The position numbers and the translations under genes were made by a program. 64,000 nt of DNA from Eimeria praecox (Eukaryota): assembly GCA_963920595.1 (NCBI GenBank), contig OY986949.1, forward strand, positions 1,984,001 to 2,048,000, written 5' to 3'. The notes below the pieces were generated by a model that searched no databases, had not been told where the DNA came from, and worked only from the letters and a program-made list of their open reading frames with translations. Shown in pieces: positions 37,873 through 49,151 of the stretch. Numbering within the stretch: position 1 is the first letter of the stretch; each line of letters opens with the position of its first letter.

Positions 37873-40800
37873 CTAAGCGGAACGACTTATCCACGTACAT
37901 TCATCACATGCGGAGTACACACACTCCACAAGCCCCTGGTCAGAGAACGCCTTTATGCACCCTTCGGACGAAAGCGTTTGCTTCTCCGAGTCCCTGCAGC
38001 GCATATGCCGGAAGAGTCTCGAGGTTTCACCATACTGCCTAGCTTGCATGGAAAGCATAAAGTTGCATCTTTGAAAATAATAGGCGAAGCGCTGCATAAA
38101 GCAAATCAACAGTCAAGGAATTGGTCTTACCATAAGGCCTCGAGACGCCCCTGAAGAGCGCCGTGCAGCGCCTTGCATGCTTCTTGCCCATCAGTGCACA
38201 TGTCGTCAAGCGCTGAAAGACACTTCACCTCTACACCCTCTATCGCGAGCAACAGAGATCCGCGCACAAGTGCTTCACTTAAGTCTATCTGCGTTTGCAG
38301 CACACGAAAAAAATGCAAAGCCAAGCTTGTCACTTAGCAGCTATTGCTTTCAGATTGCCGCAGCCCAAAACATCGTAGGCGGGGAAGGCAGTCCCTGTAT
38401 CCCCGATGAGCTGCGCTGTGCTCGGGCCCCACCTCGGGCCCCACTGAAACGAGTTGAACAAGATCCACCATTCCACTACTTTTTGTTTGGCTGCAGCCAT
38501 ATCTCCAAAAGTGAATAAAGGACTGTAACAAATGAAAAGGTGGGAACTCAGATGCAGCGTCCTTACTGTGAGGCACAACTGAAGCACTGGAAACTCGTCG
38601 TTGGAGGGCGCTAAAAACGTCTTGAAAATTAAATGAGGCAGCGAAGAGTCCTCCCCTCGGCCATCAACTGACAGACCACAAAGCAAAACAGGAAGCAGCA
38701 CACCCTAGTCTATCCCGCGCAAATGCAGCAGCCGCCTACATCCGCTGCTTCAGCAGCAACATGAACTATGAGCTCGGAATAAACGTACAGCCAACAGACG
38801 TGACGCTCGTAAATGCGTGGAGGAGCAGGAGTAACTGGTCATGAAGGAGCGCGACCCTCCCAGCAGCGGCATGTGCATGCAGCAGCAGGGCTCTGACAGT
38901 GGACAAATCCGGAAAGGGAGGAGCCCCCACACCCTGGTTGAGGCCTTCAACGGCATCTGCTCCTCTGCTACTACTGCCTGTCTCAGTGGAAGACCGGCTG
39001 CTCATATCAGCGCTGCCACTAAGGCCCCTCATCCCAAAGTTGGGCAGATGCGATCCTGGAGTAGCTCCTGCTGCGGATGTAGCGCAAAAAGTCTCATGCC
39101 CTGTCGAGACTCCCGTAAGCCCGTCGCCTCCGCCATGTCCAGATCCTTGCTGAAGAAGACCAGAACAGCAGCACCAATGAAGCTTGGTTCTACTCCGTAG
39201 AAATTCCACTGTCCCTTTCTTCTTTGGGAGACGCACATTGGGATATCTACGCAGTAGTCTCTTGAGCACGAAGAGCCACTCACCTGCAGCAGCATCTGTT
39301 GCAGCGACCGTTGCACAGCTCCCAACAGAAAATAGCGCAGCTGCTCAACGGTAAACATCCACCGCCTGTGAGGTGGTAGGGCTTCAGCACCAGATGCATC
39401 ACCCACCGTCCCCGACGTTGCAACTGCTGCAACAGCGCGTAAAACTGGAAAGCGAGACTGGAGCTTACAGCTGGTTATGGGTAAGAATCGAGGTTCTCCG
39501 GATGCAGCTGACTGTGGCTGCTGCAGATCTCGCTGAGACACAGCACGAACTGTACGTCCTGCTGTAGCACCTGCTGCTGCAGGAGTCGCAACATCTGCTG
39601 AGGCTCCTGCGTCCGCCCCGTACGCTCTTTCTCTGCGAGAAGCCAACAATGGCGTGCATACTGCTGAGTCGGGAGGAAGGCCTCCTGGGGGAAGGCACGG
39701 CCTCACGATCTGCACACGCTGGCGAATTGGAGTAGCTGGCTCAGCTGCAGCTGCTGATATGGCACCAGCTGCTGGAGTTGTCCTGGGGAAGGGCACAGGA
39801 GCAGGCTGGGTACGCCGTTGCAGCTCCGTTTGCCGCATGCCCTCTCTACTCCACGAAATCGTGATCCTTGTTGAAGCTGCGGGGTAGTCAGCTGCTCCAT
39901 AAAGACTACTAAACACCTTGCTTGTGCTTTCTTGCGGTAACACTGCATCCCTAATACAAGTATCGGCAGGTATTTGGAGAGCAGCCACGGCAGGAAGAGA
40001 CCGAGGCCAAGCCAGCTCAGCGACTAGTCCTGTAGTGCTGACTCGTTGTATGCGGACGCCACTAAGCCGCTCAAACGCCTTCACAATGCTCTCTTTGTGG
40101 CGAATATCCGCCAACAGCTGCAACATAGGCCATAGGATATGCATGAAAACGCACCTCATACTTCCCCAGTGGAACAGCAGGGCCGGACACGAGAACGGGA
40201 AACTAGGTATGAGCCCAGGATAAATGAGAAAGAGGCCTCAGAATCATAATTCTTGCCTACCCGCAGGTCGCCACTAGTGTTGTCGAAGCCTCTGATCTCC
40301 GCCTTCATGGCCGATATTTCTTCCGCAAGCTGAGCAACGAACGAACGACCATGAGGTTTTTCTGTCGAAACAGCAAAAGAAACAGCAAACTCCCTACACG
40401 CTGAATCCCCACAATCACTACCTTACCTGTGTCTCCTCTTCCAGCAGACGGCCCAAAGAAGCCGCCGCAGCGTCGACGTTGCTGGCTGCACACTGGAGCG
40501 CAACATGGCGCTCTTCTGCCAGAGCACTGCGAACAAAGGGAGGCAAACAGTGTAACTGAACAAAGTCATTTCTTCAACAGTGCATGCCAGCAAGCGGCCA
40601 CCACCAAAGAGAATTTTGAAACACCGGTGGAACAAACGCAGGACAGGAAGTGCAGAAGATCATATTTGCCACAAATGATGCTCAAGATCATCATGCAGAA
40701 GCAGCCAAAAAATTGCTATTTCGTTGAATAATAGTTACGGTAAGCAGAAGCACCAGCAGCAGAAGTAGGCCCTGCGGCGTCCATCGTTAGATTCCTATGA

Positions 40801-43800
40801 CAATTAGCGAAGCAGAACAATACAGACGGATGACTCACACGAAGCCCGACTCCCACGACTCCCTACTAAGACGGAGGCGTTTCGCCTCCGCAACTCCCTC
40901 AGCCCGGCTGGCCGCAGCCTCTAACGCCCCCTCCAATTGCTGCGGTCACATTTAAGGCGCAAGCATGCACCGTTTCCCTTCTCTACTACGCTTGCTCCTG
41001 CGCAAACTGTTTTGCTGCCGTACAGCAGGATCAGCAACAGCTGCAAGCAATACCTGTAGGTCTCGAGTCATCTGTTGAGCCAAAGGCTCAATCTGTTGGC
41101 GCAGCTGCTGCTGGAGCGACTCTTGTATACTCCCACAGAGGTCATTCCATTCGCTGCGAGTCTTGGCAGGCTGCATAAGCAGCTGTTCAGCTGCTGCCGA
41201 GGCGACCCCAAAGCCGCGCTTCATCAGGTGGTGCTTTAAAAGCTGCTGCACCTCCGAAAATTCATCGCCCTCGTGAAAGCCACTGCTGTAAATGTCATCG
41301 CGATGCGTCATCTCATGACGATCTCCGTCGCACAATTGCAGCTGAAAAAAAGCACACACGTGCCTTGCCCAGTCAAATATTAGCCGTTTCACGGGGAGCG
41401 GGTGCATTCTACTCATGAAAGCAGGAGGATGCGGCGGGTGATGCCAGGTCCGGCAATGAGCCTCCTGGCGCGGTCCTCTCACCTCTCGCAGACGTTCTTC
41501 CCTATAATCAACCCAAGACATGCGGGGAATATCGGAATCCGTTTTTCCTGATAGTTCAGCAGCACCTGTTTCCCGTGCCTCTGGTGCAGAAGGTGCCACT
41601 GCTACTGCTGCTTCTGGCTCCCTTGCTGCAGAAGGCGAACCACCCTCTCCTTCAGCAATGACTGTGAGGGCCCTCGGTAAACCCTGCAGTAGCCTATTCG
41701 TCAGAGCGTCTAACGCCCTCCATTGTGTGCGCCACTGAGGGTTGCTGCTGCCACTATTGCCCTCTTTGACGCTACTTGTCCCTCCGCTGAACAACGCGCT
41801 ACTGCTGCTGCTGCGGCTGCTTGTGCTCCCGATGTCTGCACTCCGAGCATCTGAGTTCTTGCGTGAATGTTTGAAGGGCGTCGCCAGACCAAGTGGCGCC
41901 TCACTTGGTGAGCCGCTGCAGCCGCTGCTGCAGCGGCTGCTACTGGCAACGGCTGCCACAGCCGAAACAGCAGCGTCCGCTAGTGCATCAACGCCGTCCC
42001 CTTCGACTGCAGCACATGATACGCCAGGTGTTCGCACGCCTTCTACCTCGTGTTGCTGCTGTTGGTTAGTAGAAGGGTTGACAATGGCCTCGTCAAGTTG
42101 CTGCTGCGGTTCTTTGGCATCCAACTGTTGCTGCTCCTGCTGCTCCAGCTCCTGCCGCTGCTGTTGCTCCACCTGTGAACTCTCCTCCTTTGTCTCGCAC
42201 CTTTCCCTGGGCAGGCTCGGTTCATGCAAGCCGTGGAAGGGTGCAGCGTCCTCCTGTTGTTCCTGTTGGACGTGTCGCTGTTCTTGCTCATGCAGTTGCT
42301 GAACAGCTGCCTCTGCCTCAAGTTGATGTCTTACGCTAAGAAGGAACGACATAGCAGAGGTGCTCACAATTCGCGACCCTCCCCTGCCCGACGGAACTGC
42401 CAGTCTGGGAGAAAGCGGTGCGTCTCCACTTAAAGGATCAGGGCCCGCGAATGGTGTTACTGGAGTTGAAGATGCCTCGGAAGCATCATGCGAGGCAAGC
42501 TCCCCTTCATCGCTCACATTTTGCTGCTGGTGCTGCGGTTGCTCCAACATCTGGCCGCATGCGGCAGTTTGACTAGGTGGGCTCGAGGAGCCCCCGTCAG
42601 TATCCGTTTGACCTGCTGCGAGGCCAGGAGTAGCAGTGGCGACTGCAGCCAACTCGTGCGCCTCCACTTCCGCTGTGCAAGTTTCGTTTTCTTGGTGTAT
42701 CACCGAGTCGGATTCTGGCGTAATTCCAGTATCTTCATCCGAAGTGAGCACTGGACCGTACCCATGCTGCTGCTGTTGCTGCAGCGATAGATCCCTTGCC
42801 ATTGCACCCTGTCCCCGAAGACTGTCTACTACTTCATCGTTCATCTCCGGAGGAGTCTTTTTCTCAGCTGCCGTTGCTGTTGGGGCGTCCACTACAGCAC
42901 CGTCAGCAGCAGCTGGGGAGCCAGCACTAGCTGCAATTGAAGGAGCACCAGCGGCTGATGCTCGGGCCTTTGTTGCTGCTCCACGTGCCTCAGGCCCAGC
43001 AGGTGGCTTCGCAGGGGCCTTCCGGAGAGGCGTCGGATCTGCACCCAACGGCTCGCTTAGGGCCGGGGCCACAAGACAAGAAGCTGACGGAAGCAGCACC
43101 TCAGTCTCTCCTTCATTACTCACCACCACCACACGAGCGGAAGAGCTGCAGTTGCTGATACTTCCGCCATTGGCCTTTAAAGAATCAGGAGAACAATCGC
43201 TCCTTCCAGCTGCAGACGGCACTCCTGCAGGCTCAGCCTCACCTGCCGCCTCTCCCGCCGAAAATTGGGCTGCTGCCACTGACGGGACCTGGAGGGCCTG
43301 TTCAGCAGTATTCTCTTTCGCTCCCTCCCCTGGGCCACCATCGGCTCCCATTTCTGCTGCAGATGCTGAGGAAATAACAGCTTCCGCTGCTGCTTCTGCT
43401 GCAGGTCCGGATTCATGCGCTTCCATTGCCACTGCGGAGTCTTCAGATGGTGCTTCGAGATCCGTAGATGCTTCCACAAAGTCTGAAGCTGGCTCAGATG
43501 TGGACCCACCTGACGTAACGGCCTCCGTCGCTGAAGGTGCCCGGGTCACCTGTGTTTGTGCATGAATTGCTGCCGCAGTTGTTTCTCCTGCATCTGCGGC
43601 AGCCATCCCCTCCGAAGCTGGTTCAGCCTCAAGCTGCACTTCCGCAGCTGCTGCATCGCCTTGTGCACCCTCGCTGTGCTCCTGCGGCTGCTGTTGAGCC
43701 TCATCACGGCCAGCACTAGGCTCTGGCTGCTCCGTTCGCTGCTCCCGATGATCAGAAGAGTCGTCTGCAGAGCAACGATTGTGTTCGGAGGGGCGGCGTT

Positions 43801-45244
43801 CCGGTTCCGTTGGGACGAATGGCATGCCATGCTGCTGCTCTTCCTGGCGTTGCTCCTGTTCGAGAGTAGGGACAGAATCTGAACGAATTGCTGGTGGAGG
43901 CTCGCCACAGTCAGGTACAGGTGCAGTAGTGTCTGCTTCTCCAGGCTCCAGTGCTGCTGCAGCAGAAGCGCCAGGGTCAGCTTCTCCGTCGGCAGCACCC
44001 CGCTGCTCGAGCCACGGAGATGCTTCCATGCCCTCACCAGAAGCCAAGCGTTGCGACTTTGGGACAGGAGTGAAAACCACACGACGAACAGAAACACTAT
44101 TCGCACTGCCAGAGGCCGAGGCAGCTCTCAAGATACTCCTCACCGCACTGCCTCCTGTGGCGGGGCGCTCGGCAGTTGGAGTTGCTGTTGCAGCAGCAAC
44201 TGCTGCAACCGCAGGAATTGCTGCTGCTACACATGGAGATGCTGTTGTACCTGCATGGTGGGACCTCGATGGCGTGTGAGCATTCGAGCGGTCCTGGCGC
44301 TGCTGCCGCCAAGATACCACATGAAACCGCAAGGGAGTAGTGGGAGCAGAGGCGGATACCGCTGCTTCTGTCCGTTCAGATCGCAGAGGGCTGCTGCTTT
44401 TTCTCGAACGTTGCTGCTCTCTCTGCTTCTGCTGTAGCTTGGCACGTAGATTCCTGGCACTAAGAGGGGACGCGTTTCTCTTTGTGTTGCGCCGGGTCTC
44501 CTCTCTTAGTCTCAAATCCGAAACAGAAGAGTCCAGAGAGCTAGCTGCACTACACCAGGACCTCACGTGCCTTTGCCATGCTGCATCAATGCGTTGCTCA
44601 GGCATATGGGCTGCCGCTTCATGTTGCTCTGAACTTGCAGAGCTGCTGGCAGGTGCTGCCTCGCGCGACCCAGGAGAAGCCATCTCTTCCAGCAGGGGAC
44701 TGGAACAATGTGATGAAGCGAGACGTTCCACACTCGAAGCCGTAAATGATGACCTTCCGTTCTTCAGGGAAGATTCTGGTTCTTGCTGCTGCTGCTCCAT
44801 TTGGTGTTGCACAGGATCTATGTTCTCGCTTGTGCCTTGCAGCAAAGACGTTTCCGAGGAAATGTTTTTCTCGATGTCTGTCTCATCCGGAAGGCCCTTG
44901 CTGGTGTGACGGAATGGGGATATTGAGGTTTCACTGTGGGCAGACGATCTGCCCATGAAGGTCATTGACCTGGGAGTTGGCAAGGGCACGAGGGGAGGGT
45001 AAAGTTCCGCTGGCGGGGTGTCCTCTGTTTTCCTAATGCTGTTGGTGATTCCTACAAATGCCGGGAAAGGCGAGCTAAGACCTCGGACAGGAGAGAGAGC
45101 TCTGTTGTCTCCTTCTATGACGAGCGTGGTATGGACAGATGCACCGCCGTTCTCTCTTGTGCCCCCTCCAACAGAAAGAACAGCAGGTGTAATTGCTGGC
45201 TGTGTTGCAGATAGCGGCTCCTCAGCTAAGGGGGAATCCACCAT
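37873..45244 (-). CDS. Large low-complexity protein (~2,023 aa, 9 exons), KNL1/Spc105-like candidate
   Basis: Exons 45244-41054, 40939-40839, 40485-40427, 40361-40261, 40117-39284, 39149-38789, 38667-38567, 38288-38131, 38038-37873 join in frame via GT-AG. Contains RSILR..RRVVF, a long disordered region, a coiled coil, then KAFERLSGVRIQRVSTTGLVAEL and RWD-like C-terminal segments. The gene itself is well supported; the family assignment is inference. Confidence 0.6.
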
Positions 45245-46139
45245 CTTGTTTGGAAGACGAGGCCCCTGCAGCAATAGGGGCCCCTCTCCGCTGCCTGAGA
45301 CACAGTCGCCACCCAGCGGCAAGTGCCGAGCACTACAATGCGCTCGGGATATTCAGCAAAGTGACGACTGCTTACTTCAGCGAAGAAATTGAGCCAAACT
45401 GCAAGACGACCTTGCAAGAACTAGACACAGACCCAATTGCCTGAGGCACCGCTGGGGCTTACAGGGTCGGTGGCGGGAGAGAGGGCAAGGCGGTACTATG
45501 AAGTTTGGGGTGCATGCCAGCCACTTTCACTGCCTGAAGCGGTTTTATTTGAAGTGCATTTTAATTAACGTACAACAGTTCTAGTTGAATAGCACATTAC
45601 ACACTAGTGATAACGGCACGCGGAGCTGGACTCGGTGGTTCCGCCAATGTGAGCGATTCGTCCTCTTCGGGTAATGTAGGGTCTCCAGAAGACATTTGCA
45701 AACTTGCAAATAAACCGATTTTTTCATGTGGGGGAATAATAGAGTATAATGAAAAAACTCACTGGGAAGCCGTGTGAGCAGTTTGCTCAGTTTGCTCAGG
45801 CTCTACGTTACAGCTAGAAAGTGTTGTCTCTAGCTAAGCTCATTCCATGGGTGAAAATGTAGGCAGGTCAGCCTCATCGTTACATATTAGCAGTTGCATA
45901 TATAGAATTCTAAGGTCTACGATGCATAGAAGTGCTCGTCTCTACAGTTGACCAACTTTTCCTATACCCGTCGCTATGCCAGCGGTGTTGCAGAGTGAAG
46001 GACGGTCTCAGAGGTTGGTGGGCGCATCTTTGTTTGTGCACCTCCTAGAAACTAAAATCCTAGTGTCTAGCAATTTTGTTCGGCGGTGGTGGACTCGTTG
46101 AAATAAAGCGTGGGTGCGTCGACGCGCAAGGTTGGTTAC

Positions 46140-47500
46140 CGTGAGGCAGATGTTGCAAAACAAAGTGCTGCATCTCTTTATGTGCAGCCTCCTACACGAA
46201 GCAGCCATAGTTCCCTGTTCATCCCCGAAGGATGAGGCATGCAGGGATCCTTTTCCATGGATTAGAAGACCTTTGTGTGGGGCCTAATGAGGCGATGCCG
46301 TCAACAGCTCATTTGCCCCTACTTCCCCGTGTAGCCCACCTAACCCACGCTGCGTGACTCAGGAAGTCAGGTGTAGAAAAACGCATGTGCTACCTAGGTT
46401 GTTATGGCATGTCGTTCATGGGGGTTGCTGAGAAGGCTGGGGTTATCTCAGGAAATACCTGAAAACTCTGAGTTTCAACAATCTTGCCCGAGTTTGGGAC
46501 TGCTCAAGACAAAAGCCCCTCTTTCTCTTGCAAATAGGGGTTTTTGGTCATCGGGCGCCTGGAGAAAAGTGCGTTTGCTTAGTGCATAGCCCCAAGCACA
46601 CTGCCTGTTTAGGCTTAGGAGATGTAGTTCTAACGGTCAGCATCAAACCATCCTGTGTAGTTAATACCGATGGGATACGCCTAAGCGTTGAACCTGTAAC
46701 AAGGAGTGCAGAAAACCTGTGCAAGTGCGCTAGAGTGGGCGATTTTGGGACTACCGCCCATCCAGGTCGCACGCTGAGGATGGGAAATGTCGCAAAACGG
46801 TATTGGAAGCCTTAGGTAGGACTTGTCTCAAATACTTTCTTTGCATAGGCTTCTGCCTTCGAACATCTGGCATGTAATACTAGAACACATTTGGCAAGGG
46901 TGCCGCCGCATCCCCTCCAGAATGGAGAGCGGGTGGAGGGTCTGAGAGGGCCCTTCACTGGTAATACTAAAACACATTTGGTAAGGCTGCCGCCGCATCC
47001 CCTTCAGAATAGAGGGTAGGCGAACGCGCGCACGTTGATGAACAGCGTGTTGTTGCCTAGTTGAGTTGTCTGTAGCGCAGAGAATTGCGCGAGACAAGTT
47101 GCTTGAGGCTGTGCGTAGATGCTGCCTAGGGCAATGACAGCCTTGGGTGGAGGTTTGCTTGCCCCGGGCAGGTGCGATCGAGAAATGTCTCTGCTTAGCT
47201 TTTTCGTTCCTGTAGAGCGAGTAGTTGTTCTTCTAAGCTGCCCACCGAAGTAAGTAATCACGCGTAAGCGGCGGACTGTCCGGCGTGCCAATGGCAGCGT
47301 GGTGATAGATACATGCGCGTGCTCTTGTTGGGAAACGTCTGCAGAAGTGCTAGCGCGTTCGCATAAATTGGTGGCTGTGAACTAGTGGGCAGGGCTGCGG
47401 GATTTTAAGATTCCGTAAGGCCTGGAGGCGCATATCAGGTGCGGTGGGCCTTACTCGTGGTTCTGAAGAGTGCTCCTTGCGGCAAAAGCATGATGGACAG
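46140..47500 (+). mobile_element. Possible very degenerate Ty3/Gypsy pol (RT to RNase H) remnant
   Basis: Colinear weak motifs: VRQMLQNKVL..PKDEACR (46140-46245); EKC..LGDVV..IKP..VVNTDGIR (46565-46680); VVIDTCAC..ARSHKL (47300-47372). Many stops and frameshifts. Confidence 0.3.
46874..47014. repeat. Direct repeat, two ~54-bp copies with an 87-bp period
   Basis: GTAATACTAGAACACATTTGGCAAGGGTGCCGCCGCATCCCCTCCAGAATGGAG (46874-46927) versus GTAATACTAAAACACATTTGGTAAGGCTGCCGCCGCATCCCCTTCAGAATAGAG (46961-47014). Confidence 0.9.
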
Positions 47501-49151
47501 GGTGGTGAGCAAAGCTTTAAGACAATTTTACGAGCGTTGCGAAGGACTTTGAACCTAATTTGGGCTCATGAGTGCAAGCAATTGTTGCAGTAACGATTTG
47601 GGTGGGTTTACCACCCATTAAGATCTATAGAATCCAATAAATGGACCGGAAGCGGCTCAGTAGGTGCAAGGCGCTAAAGGGCGCTGGATTATCCGTTCTG
47701 CATGGTAATGCAAACACTGGGAAGAAATGATGAGCTGCCCAGTGGGCAGCAAGCCGACGCCCTGTGCAAGTTGGCGGGCTCCGCTCATATGCTGGAGTGC
47801 CTGCTCCTGTATTTCTGCCTGCGAGTGTGGAGTTGATGAGGCTACGCAGTGGACCCTGTTTCGCTGGCTACTAAGAGCTAGGGCCGGCAACGAACAGCAG
47901 GCACACCGTCTTGTTGGTCCGGCAACAGATTCTACAAAAACGAAGTGAGACACGCCCAAATATACCCGGGTCTTGTTTGGGCCAGCTCACCAAAAAAAGG
48001 CGGTCAGTATATCCCCTGGGCGCATGCCGTCCACACTTCCTCGCAAGAGTAGCACGGGTAGTACTGTGCAGACGCAAGCTAACAGGGTCAAACGCTGGCT
48101 CGGAATGCGGTGTATCATCACTAGCAAACGGAAGCTATTACCCTGAACAGCCTAGAGACAGTCTCACGAGTGCAGCGCTGCAAACAAGCTGTGGCGTGGG
48201 CCGGCCACAAGCCATAGTGTGTGTCAGTGGACTGCTGGTAAATGCATGGTGCGTGTTTCTAGCTACACTCTCACGATGCCTGTACTTCAGCCACCATAAT
48301 TCTTCAGTAGCCATTTATTTTGTTGCACCTTGCAGTCGCGACTACGCTTGGGCTTCCTTCCCGGTGTATGCCCAGAGGCAGCCAAGCAATAGTGGCTGGG
48401 GCTTGGGGCCGTGGGGTGAGAGCCACATCCTCGTTCTCGTCTTCCTACAATGAGTCTTTTTTGCCTTTTAAGCTGCGAAGCATTTCGAACCCTCACAGGA
48501 AAAGGCCACGGGTTTTCGTCCCCATCTTACTCTCTGTCACCTCCTTATCGCCTCCTGGGCATGCAGCGCCGTGTATATGAACCGGTCACATCCTTCCTAA
48601 GATATCCTCTCCTTCGTTTTCTATAGCGCTTTTCGCCATTACAGGTGTTTTGCTTTGTAATACACACAGAAGAGTGCGGAAAGAAGGCCGATCTCCATAA
48701 GAGGGCACCGGAGGCCAGTTAGAATCAGGACCCTACGAGATTGGCGAAAAGAGGGCGAGTTCCAGCTGTGCTGGAAGCACAGGCTGTTGGTACGTAGGCA
48801 TTGTACGTGTGAGGGAGGAGAATATAAAGGACTCGGCCTAGTGTTTGCTAGCTTCCCTCGCGCAGTGAACCCTCTCGGCAGCAGTTACCTCATCGCTGTG
48901 AAGGGGTCAAAACTCCGCCAATTCAAAGGCACCACGTTCAACCATCTGGCGAAGACTGAAGGGAGGGGCAGGTATTTACAGGGACTTTATCGTTGTCTCC
49001 CTTCAAGCACTTTATAGTCCGTTTCGTGGTCGAACAGGCGTGCTCTTGCGTTCTGGGCGTCCGCCCTTCGTTGCATATCGAGGCCCAAAAGCGGCGAGAG
49101 GAGTAGCAGGGACAAAGGAAGAAAGGTGTGGCATTCCCCTGCCTCGCTAAG

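Noticed and set aside
45245..45322. ORF-track start at 45322 for the large protein
   Set aside because: It is a non-ATG start from bacterial-style ORF calling; the first in-frame ATG is at 45244.
41520..45444. Many long plus-strand ORFs rich in Cys, Ser and Ala
   Set aside because: They are antisense shadows of the CAG/GCA-rich 4.2-kb exon on the minus strand.
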